A stretch of 63,204 nucleotides of DNA, counting the filler, from Octopus bimaculoides (Eukaryota): the NCBI RefSeq assembly GCF_001194135.2. It is 5 parts of 5 records of this genome, joined end to end, with 100 filler letters (N's around TTAATTAATTAA, not from the genome) between each part and the next. Parts side by side here need not be neighbours in the genome. Positions count along the whole stretch, not along the records: positions 16,995 to 36,724 come from NC_068983.1; 4 more parts are not named here. One strand, given 5' to 3'. Position 1 is the stretch's first letter. Every line of letters starts with the position of its first letter. The position numbers and the translations under genes were made by a program. A model generated the notes under the pieces. That model saw only the letters and a program-made list of their open reading frames with translations. It had not been told where the DNA came from and searched no databases. Positions 22,523 through 36,675 of the stretch are shown in pieces.

Positions 22523-23255
22523 AAAAGAAAAAAGAAAAGCAAGGAATATGTTTTGTATGTATATATATGTATATATGTATCATATGATATATATAGTTAT
22601 TTTTACAAATTCGATTTTTCAAATTTACAAATATCATACTAATATACTCTCATCCAGAACTACACCTTACAAAAAATAAATAAATAAATAAATTTATGAC
22701 AGGAATATATTCTAAATAGAACCCAAAGTGTATATAAAAAGAAAGGACAAAGAACATAAAAGGAAATAACTTAAAGCAAAGAAAAAACAGGAATACATTT
22801 TTTGTTTTCTTTATATTCTCTATTTATTATTCTCTANNNNNNNNNNATAGATAGATAGATAGGCAGATAGAGAGATAGATAGATAGACTGATAGTCAGAC
22901 AGATAGAGAGATGGATATGGTAAAGGAGAGAGAGAAGGGCCATTTTATTGAAATATATCTATCTATCTCTCTCTCTGCCTATATATCTATCTATCTGCTT
23001 ATACATCTTCCATTGTCTCCAAAGCCTCACCCCCAAAAAACAAAAAAACAAAACAATGTTCTGTTATAAACAAAACCCCCCAAAACACNNNNNNNNNNAT
23101 CTGCCTGTCTATCTATCTGCTTATACATCTTCCATTGTCTCCAAAGCCTCACCCAAAAAAAAACAAACAAAAAAAACAATGTTCTGTTATAAACAAAACC
23201 CCCCAAAACACCTGTTTTTATATAAATAAGCAAGATCTCTGTATTTTCACAGAAT

Positions 23256-23300
23256 TATATTTGACAAGTTTGAAAGACGAACGAAAGCGCTAAAATATAT
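23256..23300 (+). ncRNA. Hammerhead-like fold with U3-A8 core variant
   Basis: uauau-UUGACAA-GUUUG(aaaga)CGAAC-GAAAGCGCU-A-aaauaua; AGCGCU palindromic stem III; stem I needs a 2-nt bulge. Confidence 0.45.
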
Positions 23301-24358
23301 GTATAAAATAAATGAAAGATGTTATTCCAAAATTCTGACGACTTTTTTTCAATATATATATATACATAGAGAAAATTATCCATATATATTTCAATGGAGA
23401 TATATGACTTGTCTCTAAATACCAAAATCCCGTTACGAAGTTACTGGTGAGCTTGACATTCCCCTCAAATTCTTTGGGTCGAAGATAGAACGAAAGTAAC
23501 TTCTTTTCAATGCAAAAACAAAAACAAACGGTTTGTACCTTCTTAAATTAATCTTCAGAGAACATAGTTTGCAACATTATAACATTGACCACTTATTCAC
23601 GCACATGCACATGGATACATACACACTCACATAAGCACGTAAACACTTATACAGGCACACACATAAAGATAGATAACTTATAGAATTGGAATGGAAAACG
23701 TATACTTATGAAATCCCTACTGTTGTTTCCACATATTTTAAAACCGGTAGTAGATTGATGTGATGTTTCGCTATCTTTTGCATCCATCCAAGGTGTTAGA
23801 TGCATCTCCTCCAATGACTGCTAAGGGTGTAGCATCTTCACCGTTCATGTTTCGGCTCATTGTTTGACATTAAACTACCGTCGTCGCATAATCACAAAGG
23901 TTTCAATACTGTCAGACGAGGGCTAGAACGGAATATAATGGGCCCATGAATAATAAGAGAGAAAAACATGGACGTGAATTTCTTCTTCCTTTATTATATC
24001 TGTTACGTAAGTCTCAGTAAGTGATGTCACGCCAACAGCGCATCCTCTCTTCATTTCACTCCTGTGTGAAAATGTCTACCAAATGTCATGTCATTTTCAG
24101 CAGTTTCCAGATAAAACTAAAGCTATAGGTGCATTGACAAACATAGTAAAATTAGCATCAAAATAGAAAATACATAAACAGGCAAATACTGAGTATAAAT
24201 AAATAGAGGTTGACTATATATTACCATTATATCATAATGGTCAGATCAAAGTGAATAACGTGTTAAGCCTACTGTAGAATAAAGCGAAAATAAAATAAAA
24301 GCTTAAAGATCGTCAGAGAAATGTAACTATTATACACAATATTACAGGAGTATAAATA

Positions 24359-24576
24359 CAGTAATGCCTCGACTATCGCGGGTGAAACGATCCAAAACCC
24401 CCGTGATAAGTGAACATCCGTGAAAAAGAAACAATTCTGCAGGGGTATATTTTTTTAATTATTTTTATAATTTGTATTTATTTTATTATAAATACAGAAC
24501 AACACCATGGAAGAATCGATGTAAACTTAAATAATAAACCACGATAGGTGAAGCGAGGCATGGCGAGGAATTATTG
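24359..24576. mobile_element. Tc1/mariner (Tigger-like) MITE
   Basis: TA-CAGTAATGCCTCGAC ... GCGAGGAATTATTG-TA; same family as 3886-4521. Confidence 0.7.
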
Positions 24577-25543
24577 TATTATACTACACCAGCCCCTCCA
24601 ATAATAGTACGTAAACATAGAAACGGTTCCGAATTTGACATAATAACTGGATTTTCTTTTAAATTTGTCTTAGGTACATACTGGTTACCTTTTGCTAAGA
24701 AGAACCCTAACCGTAACCGTAACCCAAAGTAAATATAATAAAAATGTCTTTCTCACTCTCGCTGTGTCTGTCCTCNNNNNNNNNNNNNNNNNNNNNNNNN
24801 NNNNNNNNNNNNNNNNNNNNNNNNNNNNNNNNNNNNNNNNNNNNNNNNNNNNNNNNNNNNNNNNNNNNNNNNNNNNNNNNNNNNNNNNNNNNNNNNNNNN
24901 NNNNNNNNNNNNNNNNNNNNNNNNNNNNNNNNNNNNNNNNNNNNNNNNNNNNNNNNNNNNNNNNNNNNNNNNNNNNNNNNNNNNNNNNNNNNNNNNNNNN
25001 NNNNNNNNNNNNNNNNNNNNNNNNNNNNNNNNNNNNNNNNNNNNNNNNNNNNNNNNNNNNNNNNNNNNNNNNNNNNNNNNNNNNNNNNNNNNNNNNNNNN
25101 NNNNNNNNNNNNNNNNNNNNNNNNNNNNNNNNNNNNNNNNNNNNNNNNNNNNNNNNNNNNNNNNNNNNNNNNNNNNNNNNNNNNNNNNNNNNNNNNNNNN
25201 NNNNNNNNNNNNNNNNNNNNNNNNNNNNNNNNNNNNNNNNNNNNNNNNNNNNNNNNNNNNNNNNNNNNNNNNNNNNNNNNNNNNNNNNNNNNNNNNNNNN
25301 NNNNNNNNNNNNNNNNNNNNNNNNNNNNNNNNNNNNNNNNNNNNNNNNNNNNNNNNNNNNNNNNNNNNNNNNNNNNNNNNNNNNNNNNNNNNNNNNNNNN
25401 NNNNNNNNNNNNNNNNNNNNNNNNNNNNNNNNNNNNNNNNNNNNNNNNNNNNNNNNNNNNNNNNNNNNNNNNNNNNNNNNNNNNNNNNNNNNNNNNNNNN
25501 NNNNNNNNNNNNNNNNNNNNNNNNNNNNNNNNNNNNNNNNNNN

Positions 25544-25811
25544 GTTGGTGCATAATTATTGCGGCGTTTTGCCACAAATTTTATTCAACAAAAACAATAA
25601 CAGTATTTAACAAAAACATATCAGACCGTCATTTAACATATTTAAATGACCGTCTGACCGTCTGCCAAGCAAATGAGAAGCAGCAATTGAAGTAGATGTT
25701 GAATATGCTCCGAAATAATCATTTAAAACAATTTTTGTTACATGGTGTTATTGTTTTTGTTGAATAACATTTGTTGAAAAAAAGCCGCAATAGTTATGCA
25801 CCAACCCAATA
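25544..25811. mobile_element. Mariner-type MITE with long TIRs
   Basis: Left GTTGGTGCATAATTATTGCGG..TTATTCAACAAAAACAATAACA, right reverse complement ending CCGCAATAGTTATGCACCAACCCAA-TA; TIR resembles Hsmar1/MADE-type ends. Confidence 0.8.
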
Positions 25812-26984
25812 TATTTATTTATCATATCCATACATATTAGCGATATACACTAATACATCTTTCAACTCGTTTAGCATTTATATTACACAAGCTTGAAGAA
25901 TGTATTGGCCAATGTATTGAATTACCTTCACCTGTAGTAACATGTTTGAACTAACATAAATTAAATGCTTCTGTATTTTAAGGAAACTAACTTACTATTT
26001 CTAAACTAAGTACCTCTGCAATTAATTTCTATTCATATTTCTACATGAGATGTGCATGCATTTCAGAGATGAACAATTTCTACAGATCTACCACATTTGC
26101 AATCTATAGAAGTTCCATAATTTTCAGTGCATTCGTTCTATCGACAAAACACATACATAAACACTCATATGTACACACTAACATGCACTCATATAACATG
26201 CACACACACGGATTGAAATATATAAAGACAGCATCTGTTCGATAAATTAATGAAGAGATATACGATAATGTTAATAAATTACCTTTTTTTTATCATTTTC
26301 GTGATTCAAATTATTTTCAGATGTTTCTATTGTCTGTCACATGGCAATTATCACGAGCTATATAAAAACAACCATTTTATTTCAAACAGCACAAAGAAAT
26401 GAAATGTATGGAGACGTATGTTAAAAATTGTGAATATAGACGCAGATGTTTTCTTTCAAAATTCCTGTTTAATGTCCACACCGGAAAGTAGATGAGGTAT
26501 CTCTACAGAAAATATAATTCAGGATAATTATCATGATATGAACATTTCAGAGCAATGAATATTACAGGAATTTTAATTGAACATTCATACTTGAGTATTT
26601 TTTTAAAAATTGATTTCTGACGTGTTTCATGTAAAATTGCAACGTAGTAAATAATGAATTCGCTGCTACCAAAACGAGAAACAGAATATATCGATCTGTA
26701 TCTTTAAAATAACTAATGTACATGGTATTTCGAAACGATTTCATTTAAGTGACATCCTTTTCTTTCCCAACATATATATATATATATCTGTGTGTGTGCA
26801 TGCGCGCGCGTGCATATATATATATATATAGTTCAAGAGATTTGAACATACAGTCCGGAAACTCTACACAGGACCGAGTCAGTGGAACAAAGATTTCGCA
26901 GTGTAAATTCAAATTTTTTAAGCGCATCTAAGTTATCAGTATACAGAGATTCTCTCAATCTCCTCTATTCACTATGTGAGTATA

Positions 26985-27192
26985 TATGTGTAAATGTGTG
27001 TTTGTGTGTGTGGGTGCGATTTTGTTTGCGTGGGCGCGTGTGCGTGTACGCGCACGTGTGTGTGTAAGTGTGTGCGTACGCTTCTGTGTGTGCGTGCGTT
27101 TGTGTATGTCTGCGTGCGCGTGTGTGTCCGTATACGTGCGTGTGCTTTTGAGTGTATGTGTTTGAGTGTGTACGTGTATGTGCGTGTTCACA

Positions 27193-27237
<45 letters not shown>

Positions 27238-27240
27238 AAG
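26985..27240. repeat. Degenerate (GT)n tract
   Basis: Direct reading; source of VCVC/HTHT ORFs. Confidence 0.85.
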
Positions 27241-28023
27241 TGATCTGTAAGTTATTAAAATATATACTTATAATATATATCCGTAACCCATTTCAACTTC
27301 TAAAGGCAAATGCACCGCAGTTAAAGGCAAAGAAGATATTCTCTCTTATAGTGAAAAGTGTAAAAGCAACATATTGGCCCAGTATTGCTTCCTCTCGGTT
27401 TCCTAGGCCCAGCGTTTCTACCTCTTTATCGATTATCAATGCGAGGTCCCGACGAAAGATAAACCTGTCCAGAGTTACCTGAGTTCTGTATTTCCCATTG
27501 ACACGGCAAAAAAGCTGAAACCGCTGCGTCTGAGAATCCGTCAGCGGGCGATTCTAGGCAGATATAGTGGTTTTACACATTTTACCATCAGAGAGAATTT
27601 TTTCATCTACGGTAAACTCAGTTAATTTGCCACGGAATTTGAAATGTATCACAAACATATTTTAACAAACCTCAATTTCGCTTATCACCAAACATTGGTT
27701 GATGGTGATACTGTTGCATTTTTTCCGACCTGGTGATCTAATAATGTTCTTGACTGTTTAGTTAACGCTACGTCTTTACAACTGCCCAATGTTAATTCTT
27801 ATCGGTATTTCCCATTGATAATGTCTGAAGAACTAGAAACGTTTCGTCTGGGATTCCGACAGAGGCAACACGTGGCAGATATGGTGTTTTTACACCATTT
27901 TTCAGTAAGAGAGGAACTTTTCTTCACACATACTGCAGTGAATTTGCGTTTATAATTTGAAAAATATCACAAACACAAACTCGCATGCACGCACACGCGC
28001 TTACAACACACACGCACAACACA

Positions 28024-28060
<37 letters not shown>

Positions 28061-28299
28061 GTAAACAATGAATGTATTGCACTGAGGTTTAGTTTAAATA
28101 TTTGACGGGAAAATAGGTGGGCAAATGTGTGATTCTTCGTTCGGATAAGGAAAAGAATGGCGGATCATATTGTCAAGTCCGAGAATACGGTGTGTGTCGT
28201 TTTATCATCGGAAAATAACTGAGTGGGAAATTGAGGAGAAATGGAGAATATATGTTTCTGGAGGCAGCAGCACGGTGCAAAAATGGTCATTGCGCGAGT

Positions 28300-28379
28300 G
28301 CGTATTGCTGTGTGTGTGTGAGTTTGTACGGAGGATGCTTGCATGTGAAGAGTGTATTTGTGTGTATAAGCAAATGCTT

Positions 28380-28421
<42 letters not shown>

Positions 28422-28930
28422 TTGCACGCGCAATGCTGCTCGTTTCGAGTAGCGTGCTTGGGATGGTATAAGTGTGCCTGTGTGTTTATGTTTGTATGAG
28501 TGATGCATATTTATTGAAGTGATGTGAACAGGTTTGTTGCAGTAGTGAAATAAGTAAGGGATGATTCAGGGGTCAAGAGGCAAGGTGATGTGTTGCGAGT
28601 CCGTAAGTGTCTCTCTCTATGTGTGCGTATGTGTTTGTGTATGTGCGTATTAGTGTGAGTGAAATCGTCTGCAAGTGTGTGTGCTGTGCATGTGATTTCC
28701 TGTGTGTGTATGTGTATGTCTGGTGTGAGTGAGTGTAGGATATGCAAACGCGCGCGTGTGTGCAATAGATATACCTGTATTATGTGGGGACGTTCAGAAT
28801 GTGATTTCCTGCAGTATGTGATTTCATGTGTGTATATGTGTATGTCCGGTGCGTGTGTGTGCGTATGTGTGTGTGCGTATGAGTGTGTGCGTATGTGTAT
28901 GCGCGTATGCGTGTGTTCTGTAGATATGCA
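28300..28930. repeat. Degenerate (GT)n-rich region
   Basis: Direct reading. Confidence 0.75.
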
Positions 28931-31900
28931 TGTAGAGTGTGGGGACGTTCAGATACGTAGATCCATGGTCAAGATAATATAAAAATCATAAAATATAAGA
29001 ATTTAAACTGAAATAAAAAAAAATAGAAAGGGTTGACAACAGTGGAAAGGAGAATTAGAAAGAAAAATATGTTGAATTATATTCCAAGTAGAAAGGATAT
29101 TCATAATTTGAAAATGTACTGTTGTACCTAGCGAAGTCTGCTATAGGTAGGAAAAGAGAGAAAGCTTTTTTTCAACATACTTGCAACTGAAAATGTTTGA
29201 TATGGAAATATTGAAGTAAATATTTTCTTATTGTGTTTCAATATATTGTTTTTACAATGACACTGAACTCTCGCATACTTCAAAAACACTGAAATTCAAG
29301 TTCTATTAGAGATTTTAAACTGATTCGTCTATTTTCTTTTGAAATATGGAATTATTATTTCTATTCACTAATCTGTCAGCGCCTAACTAGAGCCTTTTGA
29401 ATAGAATGCATTGGGTAAACCGGAACTAAACGAGACATGCCGCATGTGTGTACCTACGTAAAAAAGTGTTTTTGCCTGGGAGATCTTTATAGTAGCAGAA
29501 AAGGCATTTTAACTCCCATTTCTAAATTCCATGTGTGATGAAGCAATTAACTGCCCCCTGATTATAAGTATGTTTATAATTATANNNNNNNNNNNNNNNN
29601 NNNNNNNNNNNNNNNNNNNNNNNNNNNNNNNNNNNNNNNNNNNNNNNNNNNNNNNNNNNNNNNNNNNNNNNNNNNNNNNNNNNNNNNNNNNNNNNNNNNN
29701 NNNNNNNNNNNNNNNNNNNNNNNNNNNNNNNNNNNNNNNNNNNNNNNNNNNNNNNNNNNNNNNNNNNNNNNNNNNNNNNNNNNNNNNNNNNNNNNNNNNN
29801 NNNNNNNNNNNNNNNNNNNNNNNNNNNNNNNNNNNNNNNNNNNNNNNNNNNNNNNNNNNNNNNNNNNNNNNNNNNNNNNNNNNNNNNNNNNNNNNNNNNN
29901 NNNNNNNNNNNNNNNNNNNNNNNNNNNNNNNNNNNNNNNNNNNNNNNNNNNNNNNNNNNNNNNNNNNNNNNNNNNNNNNNNNNNNNNNNNNNNNNNNNNN
30001 NNNNNNNNNNNNNNNNNNNNNNNNNNNNNNNNNNNNNNNNNNNNNNNNNNNNNNNNNNNNNNNNNNNNNNNNNNNNNNNNNNNNNNNNNNNNNNNNNNNN
30101 NNNNNNNNNNNNNNNNNNNNNNNNNNNNNNNNNNNNNNNNNNNNNNNNNNNNNNNNNNNNNNNNNNNNNNNNNNNNNNNNNNNNNNNNNNNNNNNNNNNN
30201 NNNNNNNNNNNNNNNNNNNNNNNNNNNNNNNNNNNNNNNNNNNNNNNNNNNNNNNNNNNNNNNNNNNNNNNNNNNNNNNNNNNNNNNNNNNNNNNNNNNN
30301 NNNNNNNNNNNNNNNNNNNNNNNNNNNNNNNNNNNNNNNNNNNNNNNNNNNNNNNNNNNNNNNNNNNNNNNNNNNNNNNNNNNNNNNNNNNNNNNNNNNN
30401 NNNNNNNNNNNNNNNNNNNNNNNNNNNNNNNNTATAATTTCTATCATTTATCGGTAGCTCGATGTTTAAATGTAAATTCTGAGGATAATCTCATCATCAG
30501 ATATGTCAGCATTCGATAGAAAAACTATCATGAGTTAATCTTATCCTGTTATATTTGTTTAGACCGGATGTCTTTTACCATATGAAAAGTAGGGAATTTT
30601 CGTTGTTATCCCTATGTTAAATTGTATATGACCAAATGAATTATGCTATATCAGAAGTGAAATATTATACACATGATGATGATGATGATGAGGAGGAGGA
30701 GGAGGAGGGGGTCGAGCCGAAAAGAGAAAAGAGGGGGAGGAGAAGATGGAGGACGAGAAAGGTGGTGATAAGGAAGAGCTCGAAATTTCCAATGGAAATT
30801 TGAAAGAAAATGATGACAGGACACACATTGATGTTATAAATATTTACTATGATCGTTTAGATGCGCTATTCATGAGATTGCGAATGCTTCCGTTAATATT
30901 TATAATTATGACGATAACAATCATAATGTTGACATTTACAACAAAGAGATAACTGATCGCATATGTAATGATGACTGACGCAAAGATAACACTCATTATA
31001 TGTATGTTTATAAAACTAATGATGTTAAAGATATAAATGGTTATGACAGTTAAGTCTGTCATAAGTATAGACTGACGCCATATTCAAATTAAAATAAATA
31101 TCTTATGTAAACAAACAGTCAAAATCTCTAACATGCTGATGGAAAAGATTAGCGCCTTTATATAAGGAAGCAATTAAATAAAAGACAGCAAAAGTCAATA
31201 AAATTAATGAAATTATAATTAACCACAATTAAACAGAAATCTGTTCAAACAGTAGTTCAGAAAATTTACAATTTCGGGATGACAGTAAGTACGGTTTGCG
31301 GAAAATTTAAATCCTATTCAAAACAATTAACATAAACGAATAAAAAAAAAATTATATATACAAAAATACAAATACAAATATAAAATGGCTGTCGGAAATT
31401 CGTTACAAGAAGGGAATTCAGAATTTAATAAATACAATGGCTACAAATATCTTTAAATAGGTATTTTGGTAACCCTTTTTGGATTACAACAGATTTGAGA
31501 TAAATAACGTCAAAATATACGTTATAACTGGCGTGCGTAGGTGGTGATTTCTAGAGAATTTGACAGCGTGTTACTATTTTACATTAGCAGCGTAGAGTTT
31601 TGTGTCATAATGTCGTTCAGTTGAGCATTTGAATTATAAAACATATGACTGAATAATTAATCTTTCTTAAACGTACATTTTTACCGGTGACTGAATGCGC
31701 CTTTGCATGAAAGACGCTCGTACTCATAAAATTATGGCTATCATTAAAGTTTATGTGTATGTACTGGGTGTCCCAGTATTAACTATTGTATTTCAATGAA
31801 ATTGGACCATCCTTTTACGACAACCCAATTTTCTATGTTCTGTATTATGTTTAATACGTGTTACAAGTGTGTAAATTTTTAACTTTATTTATAATTTTAT

Positions 31901-32224
31901 ATTTTTTTCAATTTTCTATTTATAATTTTATATATCATCCCTTCTGGATTCCGCTTAACGCTAAGGATAGATTAGAAATTTACAAAGATACAGACGTAAC
32001 ATATGTTAAAAATTATAAATCTATTTGTTTTATCAAAATTAAATAATAAAGATAAGATTTTGTCAATCGTTTGAGACTTTCAGTGAAATAAATAATAATG
32101 AAATAGATATTGTATATTGAGAAAAAGGAGGCAGTCAGAATTTTGGATAATCCTTTGGCAGCTCTTTTATTATTAAAATTTATTATTTTTATTATTATTA
32201 TTATTAGTAATAATATTATTATTG

Positions 32225-32322
32225 TCAGTATTATTATTCAGGTCACTACCTGGAATCGAACTCAGACTCTTGGGGTTAGTAGCCCCATAACCGCTCTTAA
32301 CCACTACGCCATATGCCCGTGG
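32225..32322 (-). mobile_element. tRNA-like head plus (AAT)n of the 1903-2314 family, without the HHR part
   Basis: caggtcactacctggaatcgaactc..ttaaccactacgccatatgcccgt matches 2148-2224. Confidence 0.8.
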
Positions 32323-33079
32323 GCTACGCCATGCGCCACCCCAATTACTAGAAAAATTGAAATATAGGATCTAAATCTTGTGAGGTAGTGCTAGAAATGT
32401 AATTGCAGTCAATATTCACGTTCGTGCCTGTTGTGCACATTGGACGATATAATCGACTTACCCCTTCCCCTGAAATCGTTAGTCTTATGCTAAAATTTGG
32501 AACCTATATTCACGTTAATGATTGTTGTTACTGCGCAAAATTCACATGGTTGAAAATTTCTTGAGGAACAGCAAATAAACATTCTTTTCTTTAAACTCCA
32601 ACCAATCCAAATTACTCTATCTGCAACTACTTTTTGATTAGAAACAATTTCAATTACAAATTTGGTGAATTAGCGAATTGTTTAAAAGGTTTCTGTCCGT
32701 AATCTAAAAGGAAACAAGTTTGCCCAGTGCTTTTCAAATCTTAATGAATCTGTGACATATAAGTGAGTCTATGATATGCTGAAATTGAAAGGAATCCATA
32801 ATATACCGGTGGTTAAATGATGTGGGAGCATTAAAGCGCCATATTTAAGATGCAGTTGCAGTCACAAAAGCACACTAATATAAAGATCCTTTCTCACTTT
32901 CAAGCGATTTTCAATCGAAATATTAATGCGGGTACTTACCAGGCTCTATTTCACACACAAACAAACAAACAAATACACAAACACACAGACATGCACACAT
33001 ATCTACACATGAATTGGCACAAAGAAATACACAGAATTACACAAATACACATATTTATATACGCATATACATAAGTATG

Positions 33080-33102
33080 CATATATATATATATATATAT
33101 AG

Positions 33103-33190
<88 letters not shown>
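33080..33190. repeat. (TA)n microsatellite
   Basis: Direct reading. Confidence 0.95.
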
Positions 33191-33191
<1 letters not shown>

Positions 33192-33254
33192 CGTGTGTGT
33201 ATGTGTGCTTAAGTATATAATATATAAAAGTAATAAATGCGCCCTCTTAATGTC

Positions 33255-33400
33255 TAGCCAGTCTCATGAGCTCGGTTTCCGGTTTCAATGGCGTATGCGT
33301 TCCCCACCTGGGCTGGACACCAGTCCATGGCAGCGTTACTCATTTTTGCCATCTGAGTTGACCGGAGCAATGTGAAATGAAGTGTTTTGCTCAAGAACCA
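33255..33400 (-). mobile_element. SINE family C fragment
   Basis: gcaatgtgaaatgaagtgttttgctcaagaac shared with 54040-54075 and (reverse complement) 36425-36455. Confidence 0.65.
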
Positions 33401-34774
33401 CAATTTTACGATCATGGTGCATATACCCACTACCTAATTTTTATATGTATGTATCTACGTATGTATGTATGTATGTAAGTATGCATGCACAAATGCACAC
33501 ACACGCAAAGAATCACACAAAGCCACACACACTCACACACTCACGCACTCAAGAAGCAAATTAAAATTAACTTGAAGCAGAATACGAGGTAAGGCATACC
33601 AGGAAATATGATCTAGTTAAAGAACATAATTATGGAAATTGATGTAAATCAGCTGACCAGTAGATGTGAATGTGGTGTAAAATTTAGCAGAAAAGAAACA
33701 CATTCTGCCCAACAAATAAGTTACAATACCCATATATTCTACCTAGTATACTCGTAGTCGTAATTATTTCAGTACTCAGATACCTCGAAAAAAAACTGAA
33801 AATCTGCGCTTAACCAGCAAGAACACGGCGATGTTAAGATACATACATACCATCAAACACAAAGCTCCATAATGTAAAACGTATCAAAGATGTGGTATAC
33901 CATGACTGCTTATATACATGAGTAGATATCTAAATATGTGTACACCTACAAACACCATAGGGCAATGTCCCGTTTACTCGATGACATTCATGCTCGCAAC
34001 CATGTATGCGCTTATCAATACGTAGGTATATTCACGCATATATAAGTTTGCGCGTGCACATGTATTGGCATCAACGCATACAAATATATAACATATCAAT
34101 AAACATTCCGCTTCGTGTTTATGAATTAGTTCTGTCTCCATTGGGGGAAAATTAAATTAAAATGAGGAAAAACATACCGTCGTAGTCATAAATACTTGCA
34201 CAATTGCTTTCCAATAAGTTCATATACACATACACAAACGTACGCACACGCAGGTACATATCACACACACACACACATACACACACACATACATACACAA
34301 AATACATGCATATATACATATGTAAATATGCAATCTATATACACAATGCATATATATAAGTATATATNNNNNNNNNNNNNNNNNNNNNNNNNNNNNNNNN
34401 NNNNNNNNNNNNNNNNNNNNNNNNNNNNNNNNNNNNNNNNNNNNNNNNNNNNNNNNNNNNNNNNNNNNNNNNNNNNNNNNNNNNNNNNNNNNNNNNNNNN
34501 NNNNNNNNNNNNNNNNNNNNNNNNNNNNNNNNNNNNNNNNNNNNNNNNNNNNNNNNNNNNNNNNNNNNNNNNNNNNNNNNNNNNNNNNNNNNNNNNNNNN
34601 NNNNNNNNNNNNNNNNNNNNNNNNNNNNNNNNNNNNNNNNNNNNNNNNNNNNNNNNNNNNNNNNNNNNNNNNNNNNNNNNNNNNNNNNNNNNNNNNNNNN
34701 NNNNNNNNNNNNNNNNNNNNNNNNNNNNNNNNNNNNNNNNNNNNNNNNNNNNNNNNNNNNNNNNNNNNNNNNNN

Positions 34775-34808
<34 letters not shown>

Positions 34809-35975
34809 ATGTATATATATATAAAGATATATGTGGTTATGAGTAAATTTATGTATATAAATTCTTCATACGGACTGAATATTAACCTGGAAATTTAATA
34901 TAACTGATGATAGGGCAATGCTTATATATTGTTAGCACATCCTGCTGCTGCCCTCTAATATCCAATTTTGACACAGAAATTAGATGTATGAATGATAAAT
35001 AGGTCTGGCATGCTTATATAATTATTAAACACTATTAAAACCAAACATTTGCGAGGAGATGTCGATCTATCATTACACATCTCCAACATTAACGAACCGA
35101 TGCATGAACCAATGCGCGTAAAGTACGTACGGCTGATTTATTTGAATCCGGCTGACCAGCATTGTCAACCTTTGATTCCTATAGGTCTCACTCCTGGAAT
35201 TCGATTACATTCATTCTATATGCAAACTAGCATTGTAAGATTGAAGTAATCTGTTCAGGAAGCAATTATATTTGAAAATATTCTGTAGCTATTTATATAA
35301 GCGATTCATATTATTGATACGAAAAATAATTGCATAAAACAATCTTATTTTTTCTCAATTATAAAGTAGTGCGTACAATGTGACTCACCTAAGCATTTTA
35401 AATCAGAATTCGAAAATTGTGTTCAACGATATTGCAAAGGCGACCTTGAGTAGGGAGTAGCTTTTCTTCTACCAAATGGAAATATGTCCTAATTTTAATC
35501 TATAGGAAGGAACTTGTAAGTTCTGTAGTTGTGAAGACACTTTTGAGCAATGCCTTTAATAAATTAATTTTGCACTGGCAAATAATATTTGAAAGATTCT
35601 GGTTGTGTTTAAGACTTTTTTTTTAATCTCCATGTGGAATTTTTGATTCTTGAGGGGTTTTTTTCAATAATGAAATACTTTGATGGTTAATGTTATATAT
35701 TTCTGTATCCCTTGGGATGGGTATTGTGATGTATACACGCATACAAGCACATACGCGCACACACGCATACATGTATATTTAAACACACGCAGATATATCC
35801 AATCAAAACCAGACAGTGAAACATGAACATACATATATACATAACCACACTCACACACACACAAACAAAAACACATACGCGTGAATATTGCGCGTGAATA
35901 TTGATTCATATATACAAAAATAAAAAGACACCGACGCACATACACGGACAAGAAAACACGCATACACATGTAGAC

Positions 35976-36019
<44 letters not shown>

Positions 36020-36077
36020 TCAAACAATGGTACAAGTAAAAATGAATATACTAACGTAACTTAATCTTTTAGCTTTT

Positions 36078-36300
36078 AGCTTTTACTTGTTTCAGTCATT
36101 AGACGGCGACCATACTGGGGCACCGTGTCAAGCAATATTTTTACTTCAATAAACTGCCCCCAGCACTTATTTTTGTGTGAAGCCTGGTGATTATTCTATC
36201 GTTTTCTTTTGGCGAACCGCTATGTTGCGTGGATGTAAACAAACCAACACGGGTTGTGAAGAAGTAGTGAGACACAAATACCGGTACAAAGATACGAACA
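36078..36300 (-). mobile_element. SINE family A, 3' half
   Basis: ttttacttgtttcagtcattagacggcgaccatactggggcaccg. Confidence 0.75.
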
Positions 36301-36346
36301 AACATACATATACATACATACACACACACACACATATATATGTGAA

Positions 36347-36675
36347 GGCGCATGGCTCTGTGGTTAGAGCATCGAGCTTACAATCGTGAGGTCGTGAGTT
36401 CGATTCCCGAACCGGATGTGTGCTGTGTTCTTGAGCAAGACACTTTGTTTCACGTTGCTACAGTTAACTCAGCTGTAGCAATGAGTTGCGACATCACTGG
36501 GGCCAAGCTGAATTGGCATTTGCCTTTCCCTTGGATAACATCAGTGGTGTGGAGAGGGGAGGCTGGTATGCATGGGTGACTGCTGGCCTACCTCAAACAA
36601 ACTTGCCCGGATTTGTGCGTTGGAGGGTAACTTTCTAGGTGCGAGTCATGGTCATTCATGACCGAAGGGGGTCTC
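36347..36675 (+). mobile_element. tRNA-derived SINE family C, near full length
   Basis: A box TGGCTCTGTGG, B box GTTCGATTCC, central tgtgttcttgagcaagacacttt. Confidence 0.8.

Noticed and set aside
22960-23215. Near-identical tandem duplication of about 120 bp
   Set aside because: Copies are separated by a 10-N gap; most likely unmerged contig overlap
24703-24725. Telomere-like ccctaaccgtaaccgtaaccc
   Set aside because: Only three degenerate units; insufficient for an interstitial telomere call
28170-28499. 109-aa ORF with a non-repetitive N-terminal half
   Set aside because: TTG start, no splice signals or known motif, runs into (GT)n
30660-30952. Acidic/poly-His/Pro ORFs
   Set aside because: (GAT)n/(GAG)n low-complexity sequence
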